A DNA stretch of 64,000 nt from Alphaproteobacteria bacterium HGW-Alphaproteobacteria-3 (GTDB taxonomy: Bacteria; Pseudomonadota; Alphaproteobacteria; Parvibaculales; Parvibaculaceae), in the NCBI GenBank assembly GCA_002842875.1, contig PHEF01000007.1, positions 3,671 through 67,670 of the forward strand, read 5' to 3'. The notes beneath the pieces were generated by a model. It worked only from the letters and a program-made list of their open reading frames with translations. It was not told the DNA's origin and made no database searches. Positions 27,783-36,941 of this stretch are shown here, piece after piece; the stretch's first letter is position 1, and each line of letters opens with the position of its first letter. Position numbers and translations under genes: made by a program.

Positions 27783-30700
27783 GATGCAACCTCCAATCCG
27801 GGCGCCTCGGCGTCGAGCGGCACCAGCGTGACGAGCGCCTGCCCCGCCTGCACCATCCGGCCCTGCGTGCAATGCACCTCATGGACCCGCGCGGCGACGG
27901 GCGCGCGCACCTCGATTTCCATCTTCATCGACTCGAGCACGATGAGCATCTGGCCGGCGGCAACCTCGTCGCCCGCCGCGACACCGATGGACCAGACATT
28001 GCCCGGCACGCCGGTCTCGACGAGACGTCCGCCCTCCGGCAGCGCCGTCACCTCTTCCAGCGCCGGCGCATCGGGCTCGACAACGCTCATCGCAAGCCCT
28101 TGCTCTTCCCAGCGTTTTCGCTCCCCCTCGAAGGCGCGGCGTTGCGAGACGCGAAAGGCCGAAATCTCCTCCGCATCGCCGTCGAGGAAAGAGAAATAAT
28201 CGCTGAGGCGGAAGCTGCTCTCCTCGATCTTCACTTCGTATTCGCCATGCAGGAAAGCTTCGCGTGCGTCGAGCAGCTCCTCCGCCGATACGGGAAAGAA
28301 CTTCAGCCGGTCGAAGAAACGCAGCAACCAGGGCGTCTCGAAATTCGCTGTCTGGCGCCAACTGTTCCACATCTGCACCGTGCGGCCGACAAGCTGATAG
28401 CCGCCCGGCCCCTCCATGCCATAGACGCAAAGGTAGGCGCCGCCGATGCCAACCGCGTTTTCCGGCGTCCATGTGCGCGCCGGATTGTACTTTGTGGTGA
28501 CAAGGCGATGGCGCGGATCGAGCGGCGTCGCGACCGGCGCACCGAGATAGACATCGCCCAGACCGAGCACCATGTAGTCGGCCTCGAACAGAATGCGCCT
28601 GACCTCCGCGATGCTCTCCAGGCCGTTGATACGGCGAATGAACTCGATATTGGACGGCACCCAGGGCGCATCGGGCCTGACCAGCGTGCCGTATTTCCGC
28701 ACCGCCTCGCGCGCCGCCTCGTCGTCCCACGACAACGGCAAATGCACGATGCGGCTCGGCACTTCGATGTCGGTGCCGGGTGGCAGGGCGCGCTCGACCT
28801 CTTCCAGCAGGGCGAGAAGCTTGCGCGAGGGCAGCACATCGGGATCGAAGTGGATCTGCAGCGAGCGGATGCCCGGCGTCATCTCGACGATGCCCTCGGG
28901 GGCGCGCGCCCTCAGCGCCGTCATCATCGCATGGGCGCGAAACCGCAAGGCGAAATCGAGCACCATCGGCCCGTATTCGACGAGCAGATAATCGTCGCCC
29001 GCGCGGCGGTAGGTCACTTCCGTTTCGAGATCGGTGATCCGCGCGAGAACCGCATCCTCTTTCCGCCTCTGCTGCGTGAGCAGCGCGACGGGACGCCTGA
29101 GCGATGAAACCCACGCCTCTTGCGCGTGGCGCATGGCGGCGGCTTCTTCTTCGGTGACGCGGTGGAAACGCACCTTGTCGCCGGGCTTCAACTGGCCAAT
29201 CTTCCAGAGTTCGGATTTCGCGAGTGTCGCGGGACAAACGAAACCGCCGAGGCTCGGCCCGTCCGGACCGAGAATGATCGGCATGTCGCCGGTGAAGTCG
29301 ATCGTGCCGACGGCATAGGCATTGTCGTGAATGTTCGAGGGATGAAGCCCCGCCTCACCGCCATCCTTGCGCGCCCATTTCGGCTTCGGGCCAATGAGGC
29401 GCACGCCTGTGCGCGCGGAGTTGTAATGGACTTCGTAGGCTGTGCTGAAAAGGGCCTCGATATCCTCCTCGAGAAAGAAGTCGGGCGCACCGTGAGGCCC
29501 GTAAAGCGTCGCGATTTCCCACTCGCGCGTGAGCGGCGTGCGCGCGGATGGCGGCAGCGGCTCCGCAACGGGCTCGCCAATGGCGCCCTCGCGATTGATC
29601 CGCAACACGTCGCCGGTCTTGAGTGCGCCGGGCGCATGACCGCCGAAGCGCCCAAGCGTGAAGGCGGAACGCGAGCCAAGATAGAGCGGCGCATCGAAGC
29701 CGTGACGCACGGCAAGATAGGCGCGCTGGCCCGCATTCGCGACCTGGCCAAGCTCAAGCGTCTGGCCGCGCCTGACGTCGACCGCGCACCAGAAAGGGAT
29801 GGGTTCGCCATCGAGCGTCGCCGGCATTTCGGCGCCCGCCAGCGCGATCGTCGTATCCGCCCGGAAGCGCAATGCCGGTCCGCTCAGCGTCATTTCGAGC
29901 GTTGCGGCGTCTTGCGGATTGCCCACCAGCCGGTTTGCCAGCCGGTGCGAAAGTCCGTCCATCGGCCCCGAAGGCGGCACGCCGACATCCCAGTAGCCGA
30001 CGCGGCCCGGCCAGTCCTGCAGGCTCGACTGCGCGCCGGGCGACAGCACGTCGATGCCGGGACTTTCATGGTCGAAAGCGCCGAGCGTCGAGGTGAGCAG
30101 CCGGCCTTCGAGGAATTCCGGCGCGCGCACGAGCGAACGCAGATAGTCGAGATTGGTCTCGATGCCGTAGACACGCGATTGATCGAGCGCCGCCGCAAGC
30201 TTCGCCGCCGCCTCGTCGCGCGTTTTCCCCTTCACGATCACCTTGGCGAGCATCGGATCGTAGAAGGGCGTCACCTCCGTGCCCGTCGAAATCCATCCAT
30301 CGACGCGAACGTCCCCCGGGAAAACGACTTCCGTCAGAAGGCCGGACGAGGGCTGGAAGTTGCGGCCGGGATCTTCGGCATAAAGCCGCACCTCAAAGGC
30401 GTGCCCCTCGGGCGGACGGGCATATGAGGCAAGGCTGCCCAGCTCGCCTGCCGCCTGCCGTACCATCATCTCGACGAGATCGAGCCCCGTTACTTCTTCC
30501 GTCACCGGATGCTCGACCTGGAGACGCGTATTCACTTCCAGAAAGTAGAATTTCTTCTCCGCCTCGTCATAGATGAATTCGACCGTGCCCGCCGACGCGT
30601 AGGAAACGGCCTCGCCGAGGCTCACCGCCGCCTCGTGCAGCGCGCGCCGCTCTCCATCGCCAAGACGGGGCGCGGGCGTTTCCTCGATCACTTTCTGATT

Positions 30701-31399
30701 GCGTCGCTGCGCGGAACAATCCCGCTCGCCGAGCGCGATGACCTTGCCCTCGCCATCGCCAAAAATCTGCACTTCGATATGGCGCGCCCGGGCGACATAT
30801 TTTTCGAGGAAGAGGCCGCTATCCTTGAAATTCGCAAGCGCAAGGCGCCGCACCGTATCGTAGAGGCGCGGCAATTCGTCTGCCGAATGGCAGAGCTGCA
30901 GTCCGATGCCGCCGCCACCCGCCGTGCTCTTGAGCATGACGGGATAGCCGATCTCCTCCGCGCGCGTCAGTGCATCGTCGAGGTCGACGATGAGCGGCGA
31001 ACCGGGAAGCAGCGGCACGCCGCTCGCCTCCGCGATCTCGCGCGCCGTATGCTTCAACGAGAAGGCGCGCATATGTTCCGGGCGCGGCCCGATGAAGGCA
31101 ACGCCCTCCCGCGCGAGCGCGGCGGCGAATTCGGGGTTCTCGCTGAAAAACCCGTAGCCCGGATGCACAGCCTCTGCGCCTGTCGCCCGCGCGGCGTCGA
31201 GAATGGCGTCCGCGTCGAGATAGCTTTGCGCAACCGCCGCCGGACCGACGCAGACCGCCTCGTCCGCAAGCCGCACATGCGGCGCGAAGCGGTCCGCCTC
31301 GGAATAGACCGCGACGGATTTGACGCCCATGCGCCGGAGCGTCTTGATGACGCGTAGAGCGATTTCGCCGCGATTGGCGATCAATACCTTGCCGAACAT
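27779..31399 (-). CDS. Urea-carboxylase-family biotin carboxylase, probably guanidine carboxylase
   Basis: 1206 aa. MFGKVLIANRGEIA biotin-carboxylase N-terminus, ATP-grasp domain, central CT (AHS1/AHS2-like) domains, and a C-terminal biotinyl motif LESMKMEIEV. Confidence 0.92.
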   Translation of the reverse strand: MFGKVLIANRGEIALRVIKTLRRMGVKSVAVYSEADRFAPHVRLADEAVCVGPAAVAQSYLDADAILDAARATGAEAVHPGYGFFSENPEFAAALAREGVAFIGPRPEHMRAFSLKHTAREIAEASGVPLLPGSPLIVDLDDALTRAEEIGYPVMLKSTAGGGGIGLQLCHSADELPRLYDTVRRLALANFKDSGLFLEKYVARARHIEVQIFGDGEGKVIALGERDCSAQRRNQKVIEETPAPRLGDGERRALHEAAVSLGEAVSYASAGTVEFIYDEAEKKFYFLEVNTRLQVEHPVTEEVTGLDLVEMMVRQAAGELGSLASYARPPEGHAFEVRLYAEDPGRNFQPSSGLLTEVVFPGDVRVDGWISTGTEVTPFYDPMLAKVIVKGKTRDEAAAKLAAALDQSRVYGIETNLDYLRSLVRAPEFLEGRLLTSTLGAFDHESPGIDVLSPGAQSSLQDWPGRVGYWDVGVPPSGPMDGLSHRLANRLVGNPQDAATLEMTLSGPALRFRADTTIALAGAEMPATLDGEPIPFWCAVDVRRGQTLELGQVANAGQRAYLAVRHGFDAPLYLGSRSAFTLGRFGGHAPGALKTGDVLRINREGAIGEPVAEPLPPSARTPLTREWEIATLYGPHGAPDFFLEEDIEALFSTAYEVHYNSARTGVRLIGPKPKWARKDGGEAGLHPSNIHDNAYAVGTIDFTGDMPIILGPDGPSLGGFVCPATLAKSELWKIGQLKPGDKVRFHRVTEEEAAAMRHAQEAWVSSLRRPVALLTQQRRKEDAVLARITDLETEVTYRRAGDDYLLVEYGPMVLDFALRFRAHAMMTALRARAPEGIVEMTPGIRSLQIHFDPDVLPSRKLLALLEEVERALPPGTDIEVPSRIVHLPLSWDDEAAREAVRKYGTLVRPDAPWVPSNIEFIRRINGLESIAEVRRILFEADYMVLGLGDVYLGAPVATPLDPRHRLVTTKYNPARTWTPENAVGIGGAYLCVYGMEGPGGYQLVGRTVQMWNSWRQTANFETPWLLRFFDRLKFFPVSAEELLDAREAFLHGEYEVKIEESSFRLSDYFSFLDGDAEEISAFRVSQRRAFEGERKRWEEQGLAMSVVEPDAPALEEVTALPEGGRLVETGVPGNVWSIGVAAGDEVAAGQMLIVLESMKMEIEVRAPVAARVHEVHCTQGRMVQAGQALVTLVPLDAEAPGLEVAS

Positions 31400-31445
31400 C
31401 TGGCCTCCGATGGTGCCCGGCGGACGGCGCCGCCGGGGAACAAGC

Positions 31446-32075
31446 TCACGCTTCCCAGATCAGGGTACGAACGGGAGTGGGATTGAAGGCGTTGCAGGGA
31501 TTGTTCACCTGCGGACAATTCGAGATCACGCAAAGCACATCCATCTCCGCGCGTATCTCGACATAGTCGCCCGGACGCGACACGCCATCGACGATGGCGA
31601 GCGTTCCATCCTCCTCCACCGGCACATTCATGAAGAAGTTGATGTTGGAAACGATGTCGCGCTTGCCCATGCCGTGCTTTGCAAGCTCCAGCACGAAATT
31701 GTCGCGGCAGCTATGCATGTAGCGCGTATCGTGACCGAAGCGCACGGTGTTCGCCTCCGCCGAACAGGCACCCGCCGACGTGTCGTGATTGCCGGCCGTG
31801 TCGGCGATGATCACCGCCATCGTATTGCCTTCGTTCGAGATGAGCTTTGTGCCCGTCGTCACATAGGGCGAGCCTTGCGCGCGTGCCGTATCCTGCGCGC
31901 TGTAGCGTTCCGAATAATCGTCCGCATTGTAGAACAGCGTATCGACCGCCTGGCACCCTTCGAGATCGACGATGCGCAGGATCTGCCCCTTCTTCACGAC
32001 ATGCGACCAGGGCCGGAGCGCGGGCACCGTGAAATCGTGGAAGGCTTGTTCTTCGTGCCTGTTCGAAATGGTCAT
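31446..32075 (-). CDS. DUF1989 protein (urea carboxylase-associated protein 2; carboxyguanidine deiminase subunit candidate)
   Basis: True start MTISNRHEEQ at 32075; the track ORF is overextended. Typical DUF1989 sequence (ILRIVDLEGCQAVDTLFYNADD ... NCPQVNNPCN). Confidence 0.85.
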   Translation of the reverse strand: MTISNRHEEQAFHDFTVPALRPWSHVVKKGQILRIVDLEGCQAVDTLFYNADDYSERYSAQDTARAQGSPYVTTGTKLISNEGNTMAVIIADTAGNHDTSAGACSAEANTVRFGHDTRYMHSCRDNFVLELAKHGMGKRDIVSNINFFMNVPVEEDGTLAIVDGVSRPGDYVEIRAEMDVLCVISNCPQVNNPCNAFNPTPVRTLIWEA

Positions 32076-32079
32076 GGGT

Positions 32080-32916
32080 TCACGCCTCCCCGAGCGCGGC
32101 GAGATAGCGCGCATTGTTCTCGAAGCCCCGGATCGCTTCTTCCGTTGCGGTCCGGCAGAAATCGTCCACCGCCGGCGGCGGCGATTTCCAGATGAGGAGG
32201 TCGATGTCTTTCGGGTCGTAATCGCCGGGCGCCAGCGGATGCGGCGCATTGGAGATGAAGACGAGAAGGTCGAGTTCGGCGCGGAGATCGACATGGTCGC
32301 CCGGCGCCGCGCCCTCGCCTTCCCAGCGGAACCGGCCCGCGCCATCGACGCCCACCGGTGCGAAGAGCGTGAGACAGGGCGGGATGTCCCGCTTGTCGAG
32401 ACCGTTCTTGGATGCGAGCAGGATGAAATTGTCGCGCGTATTGCGCAGCGCGGCATTGCCATATTTGTCCGCGTTGCTCGCCTGCGATGAGCCGCCGGCC
32501 AGCGCGTCGTTGCGCCCATACGTGTCGTCCGTGATCGACGCGAGCACGCGGCCCATGTCGGAAAAAAGCACCCGGCCTCGCGAGAGCCTTGCATTCCACT
32601 GGATCTTCACCGTGTCACCGGCGTTGAAGCGCTCGCTCCTGTCCTTCGCATTGTAGAAGACCAGCGACACGCCGGGCGTTCCCTGCGTGTTGACGACACG
32701 GAGCGTCTCGCCCCGCGCAAGCGGCAGCGCCTGTGCCCATCCGCCAGGCACAGTATCCTTCATGCGGACAAGGCCGTCCCCGATCGCTTTCGGATTACCC
32801 GTCGCTTCGCTGAAGTCGCGGGCCTTCGCCTTCGCGCCGCCGAAGAGCCGGTAATAGCGCTCCTGCTGGGCCGCATAGGGGCCGGTATATTTTTCGCTGC
32901 GGGATGCTTCCGCCAT
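32080..32916 (-). CDS. DUF1989 protein (urea carboxylase-associated protein 1; carboxyguanidine deiminase subunit candidate)
   Basis: True start MAEASRSEKYTGPY at 32916. It is a paralogue of the downstream gene (TLRVVNTQGTPGVSLVFYNAKD). Confidence 0.85.
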   Translation of the reverse strand: MAEASRSEKYTGPYAAQQERYYRLFGGAKAKARDFSEATGNPKAIGDGLVRMKDTVPGGWAQALPLARGETLRVVNTQGTPGVSLVFYNAKDRSERFNAGDTVKIQWNARLSRGRVLFSDMGRVLASITDDTYGRNDALAGGSSQASNADKYGNAALRNTRDNFILLASKNGLDKRDIPPCLTLFAPVGVDGAGRFRWEGEGAAPGDHVDLRAELDLLVFISNAPHPLAPGDYDPKDIDLLIWKSPPPAVDDFCRTATEEAIRGFENNARYLAALGEA

Positions 32917-33031
32917 CGCGCGTCTCCTGTTGCGCGCCGGGTTTCCCCGGGCCGAAGCCTGGCCGTCCAGGCATTGCGCCCCGTTCAACCGGGGCTTTGC
33001 GAAACCGGACGGGCCGTCCCGTCCGGAATTC

Positions 33032-33805
33032 CTATTGCGCGGCCGCCGCGAGCTGCTCGCGCAGTTCGGGACGCGGCGGCACACTCTTGCCGTCGACCTT
33101 GAGATCGAAAGTCACGGTCGCGCCATAGGCTTTCATCTCCTCCGGCCGCGTGCGCACGCGGTCGAAGGCGATGACGCGCGTGCCGAGCTTGAAGGCTTCG
33201 GACAGATCGTGCGTGACCATGAAGACGGTCATGCCTTCTTCCCGCCAGAGCCGCAGCAGAATTTCATGCACTTCCGCGCGAATGCCGGGATCGAGCGCAC
33301 CGAAAGGCTCATCGAGCAGCAGGATTTTCGGCTTCTTGATCAGCGCCTGCGCGATGGCGAGGCGCTGCTGCATCCCGCCGGAGAGTTCGGAGGGGTATTT
33401 GCGAACCGCATGGCCAAGGCCGACGCAGTTCAGCATGTCGAGCGCCTCTGTCTTCGCCTTGCGTTTCGCCTTGCCGAAAAGCCGCGCCATGACGGGGCTC
33501 GCCGCGAATTCGAGACCGAGCATCACATTCTGAAGCGCGGTCAGATGCGGAAAGACGGAATATTTCTGGAAGACGACGCCGCGATCGGGCGAAGGCTCGG
33601 CATCGAGTTCGACACCATCGAGCAGGATGCGGCCCCGGGACGGCGCCTCGTCGCCCAGCATCATGCGCAGGAAAGTGGACTTGCCGCAGCCAGACGGCCC
33701 CACCAGCGCGATGAAGGAACCCGGCTCGATCTCGAGATGGACGCTCTCGAGCACGGTCTGATCGCCATAGACCTTCCACACATTCTCGACGGTGACACGC
33801 GTCAT
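33032..33805 (-). CDS. ABC transporter ATP-binding protein (NitT/TauT family)
   Basis: Walker A GPSGCGKST, signature LSGGMQQR, Walker B LLLDEPF. Confidence 0.9.
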   Translation of the reverse strand: MTRVTVENVWKVYGDQTVLESVHLEIEPGSFIALVGPSGCGKSTFLRMMLGDEAPSRGRILLDGVELDAEPSPDRGVVFQKYSVFPHLTALQNVMLGLEFAASPVMARLFGKAKRKAKTEALDMLNCVGLGHAVRKYPSELSGGMQQRLAIAQALIKKPKILLLDEPFGALDPGIRAEVHEILLRLWREEGMTVFMVTHDLSEAFKLGTRVIAFDRVRTRPEEMKAYGATVTFDLKVDGKSVPPRPELREQLAAAAQ

Positions 33806-33807
33806 AC

Positions 33808-34623
33808 TCAGTTACCCCGGTACATCCAGCGGAAGGCGATGCGCTGGAAAAGCCGCAGCGCGAAATCGAGCGTGAAGGCGAGAAGCGTGATCCAGGCGAC
33901 ATATGGCAGGATCACATCCATCGCGAGATAGCGGCGCATCAGGAAGATGCGATAGCCGAGCCCGCTATCCGACGCGATGGCTTCGGCGGCGATGAGGAAA
34001 AGCCATGCCGCACCGAGCGAGAGCCGCACGCCATCGATGAGGCGCGGCAGCATCTGCGGCACGACGATGCGCAGGATGATCTGCCAGGTGGACGCGCCGA
34101 GCGTCTGCGCCTTGATGATTTCCTCATGCGGGATTTCTTCGGTCCTGAGCGCCAGGTCGCGAATGATGAAGGGGGCGATGCCGACCGCCACCAGCACGAC
34201 CTTGGCAAGCTCTCCGAGGCCGAAAACGATGAAGAGGATCGGCAGCACGGCGAGCGGCGGGATCATCGAAAGAACGCCGGTGAATGCACTGAACGTCGCC
34301 CGAAAATAGGGAATGAGACCCTGCAGGACACCGAATATGCCGCCGATGAGTGTGGCCACGGCAACACCGATACCGAGCCTCGTAAGGCTCGATATCGTGT
34401 CTTGCAGGAGCAGATAGCTGCCCGTTCGCTGGTCGGGCAGAAAGGCCATGCGCTCGATCGCGGCTGCGATCGTCGACCATCCCGGCAGCAGCTTGTCGTT
34501 CGGATTGGCCGAAAGTCTTGCTTCCGAGGCAATCATGTAAGCGATGACGACCGCGATGAACGGAATGAGCATAAGCCCGAACCGCACCACGACGTCCGGC
34601 TGCCTGTTGATGAGTCTGCGCAT
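33808..34623 (-). CDS. ABC transporter permease (NitT/TauT family)
   Basis: 271 aa with about 6 TM segments and an EAA-like loop (AAEAIASDSGLGYRI). It is only 2 nt upstream of the ATPase gene. Confidence 0.88.
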   Translation of the reverse strand: MRRLINRQPDVVVRFGLMLIPFIAVVIAYMIASEARLSANPNDKLLPGWSTIAAAIERMAFLPDQRTGSYLLLQDTISSLTRLGIGVAVATLIGGIFGVLQGLIPYFRATFSAFTGVLSMIPPLAVLPILFIVFGLGELAKVVLVAVGIAPFIIRDLALRTEEIPHEEIIKAQTLGASTWQIILRIVVPQMLPRLIDGVRLSLGAAWLFLIAAEAIASDSGLGYRIFLMRRYLAMDVILPYVAWITLLAFTLDFALRLFQRIAFRWMYRGN

Positions 34624-34653
34624 GGCTTTACCGACCTTGTTGCAACGTGATCG

Positions 34654-35736
34654 TCAGAGCTTTCCCTCGGCGGCCATCTTCGCGTATTCGGTCGTGTAGC
34701 GCAGAAGCACGTTGTCCGCGTTGCCGACCACCGTACCGTCCGCGAGTTCGATGCCGATGTAATCGGGTGAAGTCGCATCCTGACCGAGCAGGCCATGATC
34801 GAAGAGGAACTTCGAGACGAACTGCGTGAGCTCCGCAAGATTGCCTTCCGTGAACCCGATATAACCCTCGGGCGTGTAGAACATTTTTGTCGCCGCAAGC
34901 TGCTCTTCGTAGCCCGCGAGGTCGGTGCCGGAGGCTTCGCCCATCGCGGCCTTGGCGGCCTCAGCCGCCGCATCGCCACCCGACATCAGCGCCATCGTCT
35001 CGTACCAGATGCCGGTCATCGCCTTGGCGAAGGCCGGGTTGTCCTTCATCGTCTGCGTATTGACGACGAGGGAGTCCTGGATTTCGCCCGGGAGCTTCTT
35101 CGAATCGTAGACGTTATAGGCATCCTTTTCCTTCAGGATTTCGGCCACCATCGGATTCCACGTCACCATCGCCGTCACGTCGGGCGTCGCATAGGCCGCG
35201 ATCATGTCGGCATCCGACGTGTTCACGACCGTCACGTCCTTTTCCGACATGCCGATATTTTCGAGCGCGCGGGCAAGCACGTAGTGCGAGACGGAAAGTT
35301 CGACGAGGTTGACCTTCTGCCCCTTGATATCCTCGAGCTTGTCCTTGCCCTTCAGGATGATGGCGTCGTTGCCGTCCGAATAATCGCCGATCACGAGGAT
35401 GGTCGAGTCGACGCCGCCCGCCGAAGGAATGGCGAGTGCGTCCATGTTGGTCGCCATCACGCCGTCATAGGCACCGGCGGTGAACTGGTTGATGCCTTCG
35501 ATATAATCGTTGAACTGAACGAGCTCGATATTGATGTCGTATTTGTCGGCCCACTTTTTCACGATGCCGTGGTCCATCGCATAGCCCCATGGCATCCAGC
35601 CGACATAGATCGACCAGCCGACCTTGAAGTCCTTCTTGGCTTCGGCATGCGCGGGCGACAGCGCGGTGAAAGCGAGTGCGGTCGCAACGAGCGCCGCAGC
35701 GAACGTCCTGAGAGATGAGAGTCTGAAAGAAGTCAT
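34654..35736 (-). CDS. ABC transporter periplasmic substrate-binding protein (urea-carboxylase-associated type)
   Basis: Start MTSFRLSSLRTFAAALVATALAFTALSPAHA (signal peptide) at 35736, with a GGAGGA SD 8 nt upstream. It is the first gene after the riboswitch. Confidence 0.85.
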   Translation of the reverse strand: MTSFRLSSLRTFAAALVATALAFTALSPAHAEAKKDFKVGWSIYVGWMPWGYAMDHGIVKKWADKYDINIELVQFNDYIEGINQFTAGAYDGVMATNMDALAIPSAGGVDSTILVIGDYSDGNDAIILKGKDKLEDIKGQKVNLVELSVSHYVLARALENIGMSEKDVTVVNTSDADMIAAYATPDVTAMVTWNPMVAEILKEKDAYNVYDSKKLPGEIQDSLVVNTQTMKDNPAFAKAMTGIWYETMALMSGGDAAAEAAKAAMGEASGTDLAGYEEQLAATKMFYTPEGYIGFTEGNLAELTQFVSKFLFDHGLLGQDATSPDYIGIELADGTVVGNADNVLLRYTTEYAKMAAEGKL

Positions 35737-35828
35737 ATAGCCAGTCCTCCGGATCGAGTGATCGCGTTTCAAAAAGTCGGAGGATTGGCGTCACGGCGGT
35801 TCTGCAATGCCAACCCTCGCATTACATC

Positions 35829-35946
35829 CGTCTCCCGGGCTTTTGTCCCGCCGTGTACCTGCCCGCTGTTCACCGGACAGGTTGCGGCTCTCGGACCAGC
35901 ACTTCGCCAAATCGTGTATCGCTCTTGCGAAGCCGGAACCCTAGCC
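35829..35946 (-). promoter_or_regulatory. ykkC: Guanidine-I riboswitch (ykkC subtype 1) aptamer
   Basis: The minus strand contains CUAGGGUUCCGG ... CUGGUCCGAGAGCC ... ACACGGCGGGACAAAAGCCCGGGAGA, the conserved blocks of the ykkC motif in the correct order. It lies in the 5' leader of the ABC/carboxylase operon. Confidence 0.9.
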
Positions 35947-36050
35947 GCTGCCGGCGGCAGCGCGCGCCCGGTGCAGGCTCAGAAATCGAGCAGACGCGCC
36001 CGGCCTCTGCCTTTTGTTTGAGCAGACCCCGCACACGGATCCCGATCATC

Positions 36051-36941
36051 ATGCTGAAACTTGCCTGCGGTGCCCTCGAAGCGACGCTCGCGCCGGAGAC
36101 GGGCGGGTCGATCGCGCGTTTCACCGTCCGCCACGAGGACGGCGTGCAGGAACTGCTGCGCCCGCTCCCCGCCGGGGTGGAGGCGCCGGGACCGCTCGAC
36201 ATGGCCTGTTATCCGCTCGTGCCCTTTTCCGGCCGCATCACGAATGGCCGCTTTTCCTTCGGCGGGCGCGAGGTTCGCCTCCCGCCGGACGAGATTTGCG
36301 TGCCCCATGCCATTCATGGGCGGGGCTGGCGGACGTCATGGGAGGTAGTGGAAACGGATGCCGCTCATGCGCGCCTCCGCTTCGTCCATGAGGGTGGCGG
36401 CATCGCCTGGCCCTGGCCATGGAGTTTCACGGGCGAACAGGACTTCCATCTCACCGCCGGTGCGCTCACCGTCACCATGACGCTCACCAACCGCGCGGAC
36501 GAACCGATGCCGGGCGGCCTCGGCCTTCATCCTTTCTTCGAGGAGCGGTCCCGCGCGCGGCTCGCCGCCTCCCTTCCCTTCGTCTGGGAAAGTGGAGCCG
36601 GCGGCGTGCCCGTCGGGCTCGCGAGCACGCCGGAGAAATGGCGCTTCGACGCCGGCCGCCCGATGAAGAACGTGGAGGTCGATCACTGCTTTTCAGGCAG
36701 CGAAGGCCGCTTCGCCGTCGCCTGGGAAGACCGTCCCTTCGCGCTCCGGATCGAGGCGGAAGGCGCGCGCCATGCGATCGTCTACGCGCCGGCGGGCGAG
36801 GATTTCTTCTGCGCCGAACCGGTGAGCCATGCGCCCGATGCCGTGAACCGCGCGGAGCCCCCGGAGGTGACCGGCCTCGTGAGCCTCGCCCCCGGTGAGA
36901 CGATGACGCTCCGCTGCCGCTTCCTCGTGGAACCGCGCTAA
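36051..36941 (+). CDS. Aldose 1-epimerase family protein
   Basis: True start MLKLACGALEATLAPETGGSI at 36051. HAIHGRGW and other mutarotase-like motifs are present. The track ORF N-terminus overlaps the riboswitch region and is spurious. Confidence 0.8.
   Translation: MLKLACGALEATLAPETGGSIARFTVRHEDGVQELLRPLPAGVEAPGPLDMACYPLVPFSGRITNGRFSFGGREVRLPPDEICVPHAIHGRGWRTSWEVVETDAAHARLRFVHEGGGIAWPWPWSFTGEQDFHLTAGALTVTMTLTNRADEPMPGGLGLHPFFEERSRARLAASLPFVWESGAGGVPVGLASTPEKWRFDAGRPMKNVEVDHCFSGSEGRFAVAWEDRPFALRIEAEGARHAIVYAPAGEDFFCAEPVSHAPDAVNRAEPPEVTGLVSLAPGETMTLRCRFLVEPR

Noticed and set aside
31446-33084. ORF-track versions of the two DUF1989 genes (382 aa and 334 aa) overlapping each other by about 500 nt.
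   Set aside because: The N-terminal extensions are Arg/Ser/Pro-rich junk. Internal Met starts (32075 and 32916) give non-overlapping genes of normal DUF1989 length with a 4-nt spacer.
35853-36050. N-terminal 66 codons of the track ORF 35853..36941 (aldose epimerase) as coding sequence.
   Set aside because: This stretch is the reverse complement of the guanidine riboswitch and its promoter region. The translation is Arg/Ser-rich, and the conserved epimerase sequence begins at the Met at 36051.
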